DNA from: Campylobacterota bacterium
Lineage (GTDB): Bacteria > Campylobacterota > Campylobacteria > Campylobacterales > Sulfurimonadaceae
Reading direction: 5' to 3'
Length of the DNA stretch: 27,971 nt
NCBI GenBank assembly: GCA_034717975.1
Contig: JAYEMF010000130.1
Span: 40,428-68,398, forward strand
Shown here: piece after piece, positions 19,368 through 27,971 of the stretch
Position numbering within the stretch: the stretch's first letter is position 1
Layout of the letters: every line of letters starts with the position of its first letter
Translations under genes and position numbers: made by a program
Notes under the pieces: generated by a model
What the model was told of the DNA's origin: nothing
Seen by the model: only the letters and a program-made list of their open reading frames with translations
The model's database searches: none

Positions 19368-19871
19368 TTATCGTTCTGCTAAAATCTCAACGCTCTCAAT
19401 GCTGTCCTGACCTTCAATGCTGTCAAGAACAGCCATAGAGTCTGCATCATCAGCTTCGATACCGCCGAAAACAGTGTGAACACCATCCAGATGAGGCGTA
19501 GGAACAAAACAGATAAAGAACTGTGAACCACCTGTGTTTGGACCGGCGTGTGCCATAGAGAGAGTCCCTTTGACATGCTTGTGCTTGTTCAGTGCTGTTT
19601 CACACGGGATCGCCCACTCCGGACCGCCGGTACCGGTTCCAAGCGGACAACCGCCCTGAGCCATAAAGCCGGGGATAACGCGGTGGAAATTCAGACCATT
19701 GTAAAAACCGTCATTAACAAGCGTAGCAAAGTTTGCTACGGTATTTGGTGTTTCGTCGCCGTAAAGCTTGATCCACATAACGCCTTTAGCGGTTGTCATC
19801 TTTGCCCATTGAAAGGCCGCCATCTCTTCTGCTGAGTAGTCGTATGTCTTAAGTTCTTGTCTTCCGAACAT
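19368..19871 (-). CDS. cyclophilin-type peptidyl-prolyl cis-trans isomerase
   Basis: PNTVANF, FHRVIPGFMAQGG, GTLSMAHAG, GGSQFFI, HLDGVHTVFG. Confidence 0.96.
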   Translation of the reverse strand: MFGRQELKTYDYSAEEMAAFQWAKMTTAKGVMWIKLYGDETPNTVANFATLVNDGFYNGLNFHRVIPGFMAQGGCPLGTGTGGPEWAIPCETALNKHKHVKGTLSMAHAGPNTGGSQFFICFVPTPHLDGVHTVFGGIEADDADSMAVLDSIEGQDSIESVEILAER

Positions 19872-19897
19872 TAATATCTCCAGTTAGTAGTTGCGAA

Positions 19898-19920
19898 ATT
19901 ATAGGTGGATGTCACTTTAA
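19898..19920 (-). promoter_or_regulatory. promoter of the cyclophilin gene
   Basis: Minus strand TTAAAG...TATAAT (-10 at 19903-19898), followed by a GGAG RBS. Confidence 0.55.
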
Positions 19921-20064
19921 GAGTGCTTTTGCATGATAGTCAGTTTATTGTTTAAAGCCGTCATCTGAGTTTTGATTATATTTTTCTGTGATGGTTCACC
20001 GAAAAAGAGCTTAAGGGCACCTCTAAAAACCCTCTTTCTTAAGCGGTTGCTGTCAGTTTGTCGA

Positions 20065-20087
20065 TTAAAGTTTACTGCTGTTATAGT
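20065..20087 (+). promoter_or_regulatory. putative promoter of DUF485-actP
   Basis: TTAAAG then extended -10 TGtTATAGT (20082-20087). Confidence 0.45.
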
Positions 20088-20110
20088 TTCATTAGCTTTT
20101 ATTATTAGGA

Positions 20111-20429
20111 TTGAGTGTGTATTCAAAGATATATAAAGAGATTGAAGCGGATGAGGCCTTTGGGGATCTGGTTCGTCGTCGGCGTAAATTCAGTATTGTG
20201 TTGAGTGTGGTGATGCTCGCTATCTATTTTGCATTTATTTTGACCATCGCTTTTATGCCTGAGCTGTTTGGCCAGCCTTTGAAAGAGGGGATGGTGACAA
20301 CGATCGGTATCCCCATCGGCGTGGGAGTAATTGTAATCGCCTTTATTTTGACCGGTATCTATGTTCGCAAGGCCAACCATGAGTTCGACCAGGTACTGAA
20401 TCGACTCAAAGATGATGTAGGGGTACCGT

Positions 20430-20437
<8 letters not shown>
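20111..20437 (+). CDS. DUF485 (YjcH-like) membrane protein
   Basis: Two TM helices, LVRRRRKF and [12 protein letters not shown] motifs; directly upstream of actP. Confidence 0.9.
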
Positions 20438-22073
<1,636 letters not shown>

Positions 22074-22093
22074 GCTTACTCTAAAAGTAACAT

Positions 22094-22123
22094 CGGTTAA
22101 AGACCATTTCGGCTCTTTAACTG
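22094..22123 (+). terminator. hairpin after actP
   Basis: CGGTTAAAGA...TCTTTAACTG 10-bp stem with one G-U; no clear U-tract. Confidence 0.45.
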
Positions 22124-22217
22124 AAACTTCCCTAACATCTAAAAATTACTGTTACAATTAATCAAATCAAAAATCCGCTTGGCTATCATAACGCCAATTA
22201 TTTCGCAGGAGAACTAT

Positions 22218-24188
22218 ATGAGTGATCAAAAACCGGTTTTTCAACCTAACCGCGAGTTTGCCAAAGAGGCCCGCATTAAAAATATGTGTGAGTATAAAGA
22301 TCTTTACCGCTGGGCGGAAGAGGATTATGAAGGCTTTTGGGACAGTTATGCCAAAGAGAAGATCAGCTGGATGGAACCGTATCATACGGTTTTAGATGAG
22401 AGTAACATGCCATTTGCACGCTGGTTTGAAGGCGGAAAACTGAACGTTTCCGAGCAGTGTGTCGACCGTCATCTGGAGTCTCGCAAGAATAAAGCGGCCA
22501 TCATCTTCGAAGGTGACCGCGGTGACAAGCAGATGGTTACCTATCTTGAACTCTACTACAATGTAAACAAGATGGCCAACCTGCTTAAAAATGAGTTTGG
22601 TGTCAAAAAGGGTGACCGTGTCATTATCTATATGCCGATGATCCTCGAAGCGGCGTATGCGATGCTTGCCTGTGCACGTATCGGGGCTATCCACTCCATC
22701 GTCTTCGGTGGTTTCTCTGCCGAAGCTCTTCGTGACCGTATTGCCGATGCTGAAGCCAAAGTTGTCATTACTGCGGACGGTGCATTTCGTAAAACGAAAC
22801 CATACATGCTCAAGCCGGTAGTCGATAAGGCGCTTGAAGGCGATACACCTGTTGAAAAAGTGTGTGTTGTAGAACGTAATGGTGAAGATATCGAGTGGGT
22901 AGCCGGACGTGACTACTCATACAATGAACTCATTAAAGATCAGTCCCCGGTATGTGATGCCGAGCCGATGGATGCGGAAGATCCGCTTTTCCTTCTTTAT
23001 ACCTCTGGTTCAACGGGTCAGCCTAAAGGGGTTCAGCACAATCAGGCGGGCTACATCCTCTGGGCGCAGATGACGATGGAGTGGGTCTTTGACGTTAAAG
23101 AGAACGACACCTACTGGTGTACGGCAGACATCGGCTGGATCACGGGTCATACCTACATCGTCTACGGACCGCTTGCGATGGGTGCGACAACGATCATGTT
23201 TGAAGGTGTTCCGACTTACCCCGATGCCGGACGTCCATGGAAGATGGTTGAAGAGTATAAGATCAATCAGTTCTATACCGCTCCGACAGCGATCCGTGTT
23301 CTGCACAAAATGGGTGAGGACGAGCCTGCCAAATATGACCTTAGCAGCCTGAAAGTCCTCGGTACCGTGGGTGAGCCGATCGATCCTCCTGCGTGGAAAT
23401 GGTACTACGAAGAGATCGGTAACAGAAAATGTGCCATCGTCGATACCTACTGGCAGACAGAGACGGGCGGTCATATGATCTCGCCGCTTCCGGGAGCTAC
23501 ACCGATCAAACCGGCCTGTGCGACATTCCCGCTTCCGGGGATTATGGGTGAGATCCTGGATCCTGAAACCGGTGAAAAAGTCGAGCCGGGTGAGAGTGGA
23601 TATATGTGTGTGACCCGTGCTTGGCCATCAATGATCCGTGGTGTCTGGGGCGATCCTGAACGTTTCAAGAAGTCATATTTTGGCGATGTAGAAAAAGATG
23701 GCAAACCGGTCTACTTTACGGGAGACGGCGCTGTTTATGATGAAGATGGCTATATCACGATCACGGGACGTACGGATGACGTCATCAATGTCTCCGGTCA
23801 CCGTATGGGAACAGCAGAAGTCGAAGCGGCGATCAAAAAACATGATGCTGTTGCTGAAGTCGCTGTTGTCGGAAAACCGCATGAGCTTAAAGGGGAAGGT
23901 ATCTTCGCGTATGTCGTCCTAAAAGGTGACAGTGCCCTCGATGACTCCATCTACAGTGATGATATCGAGATGATGAAAGCGATCAACGGTGTGATTAAAA
24001 AAGAGATCGGTAATATCGCGGTATGTGACGACATCGTCTTCGTACCGGGTCTTCCAAAAACCCGTTCGGGCAAGATCATGCGCCGTATTCTCCGTTCTAT
24101 CGCCAAAGGCGAGGCGATCACGCAGGATACTTCAACACTTGAAGATCCTTCTGTCGTTCAGACGATTGAAAAAAGTGTTAACGGGTAA
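22218..24188 (+). CDS. acs: acetyl-CoA synthetase (AMP-forming)
   Basis: [44 protein letters not shown]; start set at ATG 22218 behind AGGAG. Confidence 0.97.
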   Translation: MSDQKPVFQPNREFAKEARIKNMCEYKDLYRWAEEDYEGFWDSYAKEKISWMEPYHTVLDESNMPFARWFEGGKLNVSEQCVDRHLESRKNKAAIIFEGDRGDKQMVTYLELYYNVNKMANLLKNEFGVKKGDRVIIYMPMILEAAYAMLACARIGAIHSIVFGGFSAEALRDRIADAEAKVVITADGAFRKTKPYMLKPVVDKALEGDTPVEKVCVVERNGEDIEWVAGRDYSYNELIKDQSPVCDAEPMDAEDPLFLLYTSGSTGQPKGVQHNQAGYILWAQMTMEWVFDVKENDTYWCTADIGWITGHTYIVYGPLAMGATTIMFEGVPTYPDAGRPWKMVEEYKINQFYTAPTAIRVLHKMGEDEPAKYDLSSLKVLGTVGEPIDPPAWKWYYEEIGNRKCAIVDTYWQTETGGHMISPLPGATPIKPACATFPLPGIMGEILDPETGEKVEPGESGYMCVTRAWPSMIRGVWGDPERFKKSYFGDVEKDGKPVYFTGDGAVYDEDGYITITGRTDDVINVSGHRMGTAEVEAAIKKHDAVAEVAVVGKPHELKGEGIFAYVVLKGDSALDDSIYSDDIEMMKAINGVIKKEIGNIAVCDDIVFVPGLPKTRSGKIMRRILRSIAKGEAITQDTSTLEDPSVVQTIEKSVNG

Positions 24189-24203
24189 GCCATCAGGCTT
24201 GCC
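24184..24203 (+). terminator. hairpin at the end of acs
   Basis: GGTAAGCC-atca-GGCTTGCC stem overlapping the stop codon. Confidence 0.45.
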
Positions 24204-24354
24204 ACTACCAAGTAAACTCCTCTGAATCTCTTCTGAGAGATCTTCCAAATAGAACGCTTAAAATAAGAAATTAAAATATAACTCCTCTCTGAAAAATAGA
24301 TTACTTTGCGTTAGAATTAAGCTATTAAAGATAATAGTGAAGGAGAATAGGGCT

Positions 24355-24711
24355 ATGAAAACGCTTTATGAAAGACTTGGTGGAACAGAAGGGATCACAC
24401 AGATAGCCAGAGATCTTGTCAGCTTGCATGTAAGCAATCCAAAAATATCGCCGCGCTTTAGTGATCATGATCCTGAAATGCTGATCAATGGTGCGGCCAC
24501 TTTTTTTATTGCCGGAACAGGCGGTCCAAATATATATAAGGGTAAAGATATGCTCTCAACTCATACCAACATGAACATCAGTGATACTGAGTTCAATGCT
24601 GTTTTGGATGATGCACTTGAAGCTCTTGAGAAGAACGGTATCGGGCAGCGTGAGAAGGAGGAGGTCCTCTTTGTACTTTACAGTATGAAAAAAGATGTTG
24701 TTTACGTTTAG
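24355..24711 (+). CDS. group I truncated haemoglobin (trHbN-like)
   Basis: TLYERLGG, GTGGPNIYKGKDM, proximal His in STH, ISDTEF; AAGGAG RBS before ATG 24355. Confidence 0.9.
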   Translation: MKTLYERLGGTEGITQIARDLVSLHVSNPKISPRFSDHDPEMLINGAATFFIAGTGGPNIYKGKDMLSTHTNMNISDTEFNAVLDDALEALEKNGIGQREKEEVLFVLYSMKKDVVYV

Positions 24712-24750
24712 TACCAGAGTACACCATCAAAATAGGTGTGCTCTGGGTAC
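24711..24750 (+). terminator. long bulged hairpin after the globin gene
   Basis: GTACCAGAGTACACC-atcaaaata-GGTGTGCTCTGGGTAC: 15-bp stem with one G-U and one bulged G. Confidence 0.55.
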
Positions 24751-24756
24751 TGGCCC

Positions 24757-24859
24757 TTAACCCGTCTAAAATCGAGAAACGAGTATACTGCGTTACTTTT
24801 ACCAAGGGAATAGATATGGAATTATGTGTAGCGTTAGACCTTCCTGGAATGGAAGAGAA
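24757..24859 (+). repeat. direct repeat copy 1: duplicate of pyrF promoter, RBS and 5' coding end
   Basis: Aligns with 26710-26811 with 11 mismatches and 1 gap over 103 nt (hand count). Confidence 0.95.
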
Positions 24860-24875
24860 GCTCTCTTTTTGCTAA
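24816..24875 (+). pseudogene. pyrF: truncated pyrF 5' fragment (19-codon mini-ORF MELCVALDLPGMEEKLSFC)
   Basis: First 14 residues match PyrF MELCVALDLPTMEE except one; homology ends at 24859 and the frame stops at TAA 24873-24875. Confidence 0.85.
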
Positions 24876-24896
24876 CGGCTAAAAATAGTTTTTACT

Positions 24897-26543
24897 TTAT
24901 ATCCGTTGTACCTCTTCCAGACTCGTGTCACCATTAATAACTTTTAAAAGGGCGTCATCTACCAGCTCTTTCATCATCTGTTCCTTGGCATAGAGATCGA
25001 GTTCCAGAGAGTTCTGGTCGCTATCGATCATTTTCCGTATTTTATCATCGATTTCAAAAAGCTCTGCAAGCGCCATTCTTCCAAGATAGCCGCTGTTTTT
25101 GCAATGTATGCAGCCTCCCGGGCGATAAATGGTAAAGGTATCATGAGGAAGATATTGTACGGAAGATGTGGCAAATTTACCTGCCAGTTTCTCTTTGCTG
25201 ATCTCGATCGGTTCTTTGCAATGCGGGCAGAGCCGGCGGATAAGTTTTTGGGAAATGATGGCAATGAGGCCGTCTGAAAGGGTATGTCTGTCGACATGGA
25301 AGTCTTTAAGCCTTGTGAGTAGACTGGAAGGACGGTTCCCGAATGTGGTAGAGAGAATAAGATGCCCCGTCAAGGAGCTCCGTACTGCCAGTTGTGCTGT
25401 CTCTTCGTCGAGTATTTCACCGATGACGATCACATCGGGGTCCTGCCGGGCAATATGCCGAAGCCCTTTGCTGAAAGTGAAGCCGGTCTTGAGATTGACT
25501 TGAAGTTGACTTACAAAGGGGAGCTGGAACTCTACGGGTTCTTCAATGCTCAGAACATTGCGCTCGAGAATATTGATCTTTCTCAGTAAAGCATAAAGCG
25601 TCGTCGTCTTGCCGTTGCCACTGGGACCGATGATGAGGATCATACCGGAACTTTTTTTCAGATAGCTTTCGAGCTTGGTTACCAGCTCTGGTTCAAATCC
25701 AAGGTCTTCAAGACTGTAGAGTGAAAAGTTTTCGGGTAACAGTCTTAGGGCAATCTTTTCGCCTTTCATGGTAGGGATTGTCGAAATTCTGATGTTGTAG
25801 TCTGTCTGTAAAAAGTTAAAGTGAAATTCGCCACTTTGGGCTTTGAAGTTTTCGATGATATCGAGTTTTCCAAGCACTTTCAGCCGTGAGATCAGAATAT
25901 GGTGGAGTTTGTTAGGCAGAGAGTAGTAGTGCTGCATGACACCATCAACTCTGTAAAAAATATGTGAGCTTACCAGCTCAGGCATGATATGGATATCGGT
26001 GGCACGGTCTTTGATCGCGTTGTCGATGATAAGCTCAGCCAGTTCGATGATATCGATCTCATTTCCTTCAACGGCACTTTCAATTATGCTCCCGATCTTC
26101 ACTTCGATAGGATCTTTAAGCTGTTCATAATAGAGCTGAATACAACGTGCAATGCTCAACGCATCGCTTACGACAAACCGGATTGCTTTGCCTGTCATCT
26201 CCTGAAGGTAGCTACTCATGTCATTATCAGGGTTAGAGGTTGCGATATGGAGCGTGTCGTTTTCAAGGTAGAGGGGAAGCAGGGCGTTCAGCTGTACGAA
26301 CTCTTGATCAATCAGGGAAAGTGCATCTGCCTGAGGTACATATGTCTCAAGGTCTATATAATCGAGCTGTTTTTGCAGTGCTACGGCCCGTGCCAGTTCC
26401 TGAACGGTAACGAAGTTGAGTTTAACGAGAATCTCTCCAAGTTTGATATTGCTGGCTTTTTGAACATGCAAAGCCGCGTCGAGCTGTGGTTGAGCCACAA
26501 TACCCATCTCTTTAAATATCTCTCCAATCGGATAGTGAATCAT
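24897..26543 (-). CDS. GspE/PulE/PilB-family ATPase with MshEN-like N-terminus, degenerate motifs
   Basis: ATDIHIMP, YRVDG, Walker A GPSGNGKTTT, RQDPDVIVIGE, CPHC...CIHC, GYLGR; GGAG RBS; TATAAT at 26587-26582. Confidence 0.9.
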   Translation of the reverse strand: MIHYPIGEIFKEMGIVAQPQLDAALHVQKASNIKLGEILVKLNFVTVQELARAVALQKQLDYIDLETYVPQADALSLIDQEFVQLNALLPLYLENDTLHIATSNPDNDMSSYLQEMTGKAIRFVVSDALSIARCIQLYYEQLKDPIEVKIGSIIESAVEGNEIDIIELAELIIDNAIKDRATDIHIMPELVSSHIFYRVDGVMQHYYSLPNKLHHILISRLKVLGKLDIIENFKAQSGEFHFNFLQTDYNIRISTIPTMKGEKIALRLLPENFSLYSLEDLGFEPELVTKLESYLKKSSGMILIIGPSGNGKTTTLYALLRKINILERNVLSIEEPVEFQLPFVSQLQVNLKTGFTFSKGLRHIARQDPDVIVIGEILDEETAQLAVRSSLTGHLILSTTFGNRPSSLLTRLKDFHVDRHTLSDGLIAIISQKLIRRLCPHCKEPIEISKEKLAGKFATSSVQYLPHDTFTIYRPGGCIHCKNSGYLGRMALAELFEIDDKIRKMIDSDQNSLELDLYAKEQMMKELVDDALLKVINGDTSLEEVQRI

Positions 26544-26709
26544 AGTGATCTCCAGATAGAAAAATTATTGGACTTTTAATGATTATACTTCAAATAGACC
26601 AAAATAAATAGTAGATGTTTGATGTTTTGATCCACTTGTGAATGCAATTGGAGGAGTAGTCACTCTAAGCTTCGTATATATTACGAGTCGTTCACAACAC
26701 AGCTCCTGA

Positions 26710-26811
26710 TTAACCGCCCTAAAATCGAGAAACAAGTATAATACGCTACTTTTACCAAGGGACCGATATGGAATTATGTGTAGCGTTAGACCTTCCTACA
26801 ATGGAAGAGAA
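26710..26811 (+). repeat. direct repeat copy 2: native pyrF promoter, RBS and 5' end
   Basis: Contains TATAAT (26737-26742), AAGGGA RBS and ATG 26768; partner of 24757-24859. Confidence 0.95.
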
Positions 26812-27451
26812 CCTCGAACTGGTTGAGAAAATAAAAGCCTATGATATCTGGCTCAAAGTGGGATTTCGCTCTTATATTCGTGATGGAAAACCCTTTCTTG
26901 AAGCTATTAAATCCATAAACCCCGATTTTAAAATCTTTCTTGATCTTAAACTCTATGACATCCCCAATACCATGGCAGATGCCGCCGAGTCGATCATGGG
27001 ACTGGGCGTCGATATGTTCAATGTCCACGCCAGTGCCGGAAAAAAAGCGATGACGACCGTGATGGAGCGTCTGAAACCATATGATAACCGTCCGATCGTC
27101 CTGGCTGTCACGGCACTTACTTCCTTTGATGAAGAGGGCTTTCGGGCAGTCTATGGCGAGGGTATCGCAGCCAAAGCCGATCAGTTCGCCAAAGATACTT
27201 ATGAGAGCGGTATGGACGGTGTGGTCTGCAGTGCTTTTGAGAGTGCTTCTGTCAAGTCAGTTACAGCAGATGCCTTTTTAACGCTTACTCCAGGGATCCG
27301 CCCCTTTGGCGAAGATGCCGGTGATCAGCAGCGTGTCGCTACGATTGATGCGGCGCACCGAGAAAAAGTTGACTTTATTGTTGTCGGACGCCCGATCTAT
27401 AAAGCTGACAACCCGGCTGCCGTAGTTGAAAAAATTATTGCTGAACTGTAA
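26768..27451 (+). CDS. pyrF: orotidine-5'-phosphate decarboxylase
   Basis: LCVALD, FLDLKLYDIPNT (DxKxxD), AVTALTS, LTPGIRP, DQQRV, IVVGRPI. Confidence 0.98.
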   Translation: MELCVALDLPTMEENLELVEKIKAYDIWLKVGFRSYIRDGKPFLEAIKSINPDFKIFLDLKLYDIPNTMADAAESIMGLGVDMFNVHASAGKKAMTTVMERLKPYDNRPIVLAVTALTSFDEEGFRAVYGEGIAAKADQFAKDTYESGMDGVVCSAFESASVKSVTADAFLTLTPGIRPFGEDAGDQQRVATIDAAHREKVDFIVVGRPIYKADNPAAVVEKIIAEL

Positions 27452-27594
27452 ACTAAACTTCTTGTAAAACTTAGATACATAAGAAAACCTCAGCCTTTTA
27501 AGGCCAGTTTTCACTGAAAATCATTTAGACTTTCGTAAGAGCTCTAATGGAATACCACTTGCTTTACTCATACATCCTAGCATAAGGAGTATGT

Positions 27595-27744
27595 ATGGGT
27601 ATTGTTATGGAAAAGGTTGACATTGTTGTCAAGCTGAAAGAGAAAATTGCTGAAGCCAGAGATCGTAATGATGTATTGGCAACACAGTTGCAAAAACTTC
27701 TGGATGGAATTTTGAGAGATTCCAAGCCCTCTGCGGCAATTTAG
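27595..27744 (+). CDS. unannotated 49-aa small protein, predicted helical/coiled-coil
   Basis: AAGGAG (27584-27589) then ATG; MGIVMEKVDIVVKLKEKIAEARDRNDVLATQLQKLLDGILRDSKPSAAI; immediately followed by a terminator; below the ORF-track size cutoff. Confidence 0.7.
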   Translation: MGIVMEKVDIVVKLKEKIAEARDRNDVLATQLQKLLDGILRDSKPSAAI

Positions 27745-27776
27745 TTAAAAAAGGCTGTTTTTTACAGCCTTTTTAA
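27745..27776. terminator. bidirectional intrinsic terminator
   Basis: AAAAAGGCTGT-ttttt-ACAGCCTTTTT with A/T tracts on both sides. Confidence 0.85.
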
Positions 27777-27799
27777 GTTTTCTGTTATCTACGAGTAAC

Positions 27800-27805
27800 T
27801 ATAAT
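27800..27805 (+). promoter_or_regulatory. -10 box of the tRNA promoter
   Basis: TATAAT 22 nt upstream of the tRNA 5' end. Confidence 0.55.
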
Positions 27806-27827
27806 CACACTCTCTTTTTAAAGAGAC

Positions 27828-27918
27828 GGATAGGTGGGTGAGTTGGCTGAAACCACATCCCTGCTAAGGATGCGTACTGGTAACGGTACCGAGGGTTCGA
27901 ATCCCTCCCTGTCCGCCA
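27828..27918 (+). tRNA. tRNA-Ser(GCT)
   Basis: Acceptor stem GGATAGG/CCTGTCC, G discriminator and encoded CCA; anticodon arm CATCC-ctGCTaa-GGATG; long variable arm; GGTTCGAATCC T-arm; 91 nt. Confidence 0.97.
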
Positions 27919-27971
27919 CTAAAATAACTTGCAAACTCATATATTTTTAAATACTTTAGGAATTAATTAAC

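Noticed and set aside
19917..20126. 69-aa minus-strand ORF between the cyclophilin and DUF485 genes
   Set aside because: Overlaps the DUF485 start and promoter, ends on the cyclophilin promoter, and has no clear RBS.
24706..24761. Bulged hairpin after the globin as an integron attC site
   Set aside because: Lacks properly oriented RYYYAAC/GTTRRRY ends, is single-copy, and no intI is present; G-U pairing fits an RNA hairpin better.
25989..26579. 196-aa plus-strand ORF opposite the ATPase gene
   Set aside because: Antisense shadow with no RBS or domain features.
27278..27514. 78-aa minus-strand ORF over the pyrF 3' end
   Set aside because: Mostly antisense to pyrF with no protein-like features.
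27828..27971. tRNA-Ser as a possible island attachment site
   Set aside because: No integrase and no duplicate of the tRNA 3' end seen in the window; only 53 nt lie downstream.

Overview
Mostly core chromosome of a flagellated Campylobacterota bacterium (Sulfurimonas/Sulfurimonadaceae-like, inferred from gene order and protein style). In order: a sigma28-driven flgM-flgN-flgK unit followed by a lone peptide-ABC permease and an AI-2E transporter; a long minus-strand block (ppiB-like, queH, two predicted outer-membrane barrel genes with the second frameshifted, fabZ-lpxA-clpX-mreB-mreC, carB, short TsaC/YrdC-like gene, membrane protein, UPF0323 lipoprotein, glutathionylspermidine-synthase-like ATP-grasp, membrane GGDEF protein); the acetate uptake/activation unit DUF485-actP-acs; a variable segment (truncated haemoglobin, orphan GspE/PilB-type ATPase); pyrF; an unannotated 49-aa small gene; and tRNA-Ser(GCT). 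The most notable observations are: (1) a ~103-bp imperfect direct repeat of the pyrF promoter, RBS and first ~15 codons that brackets the orphan ATPase; (2) degenerate catalytic motifs in that ATPase, which keeps an MshEN-like N-terminus; (3) a 49-aa ORF whose SD and AUG are buried in a hairpin at the end of a multi-hairpin leader; (4) an ATP-grasp protein with apparently lost catalytic residues; (5) a one-base frameshift in a barrel gene inserted between queH and fabZ. No integrase, transposase or CRISPR array was seen. All assignments are by eye from motifs; no searches were run.
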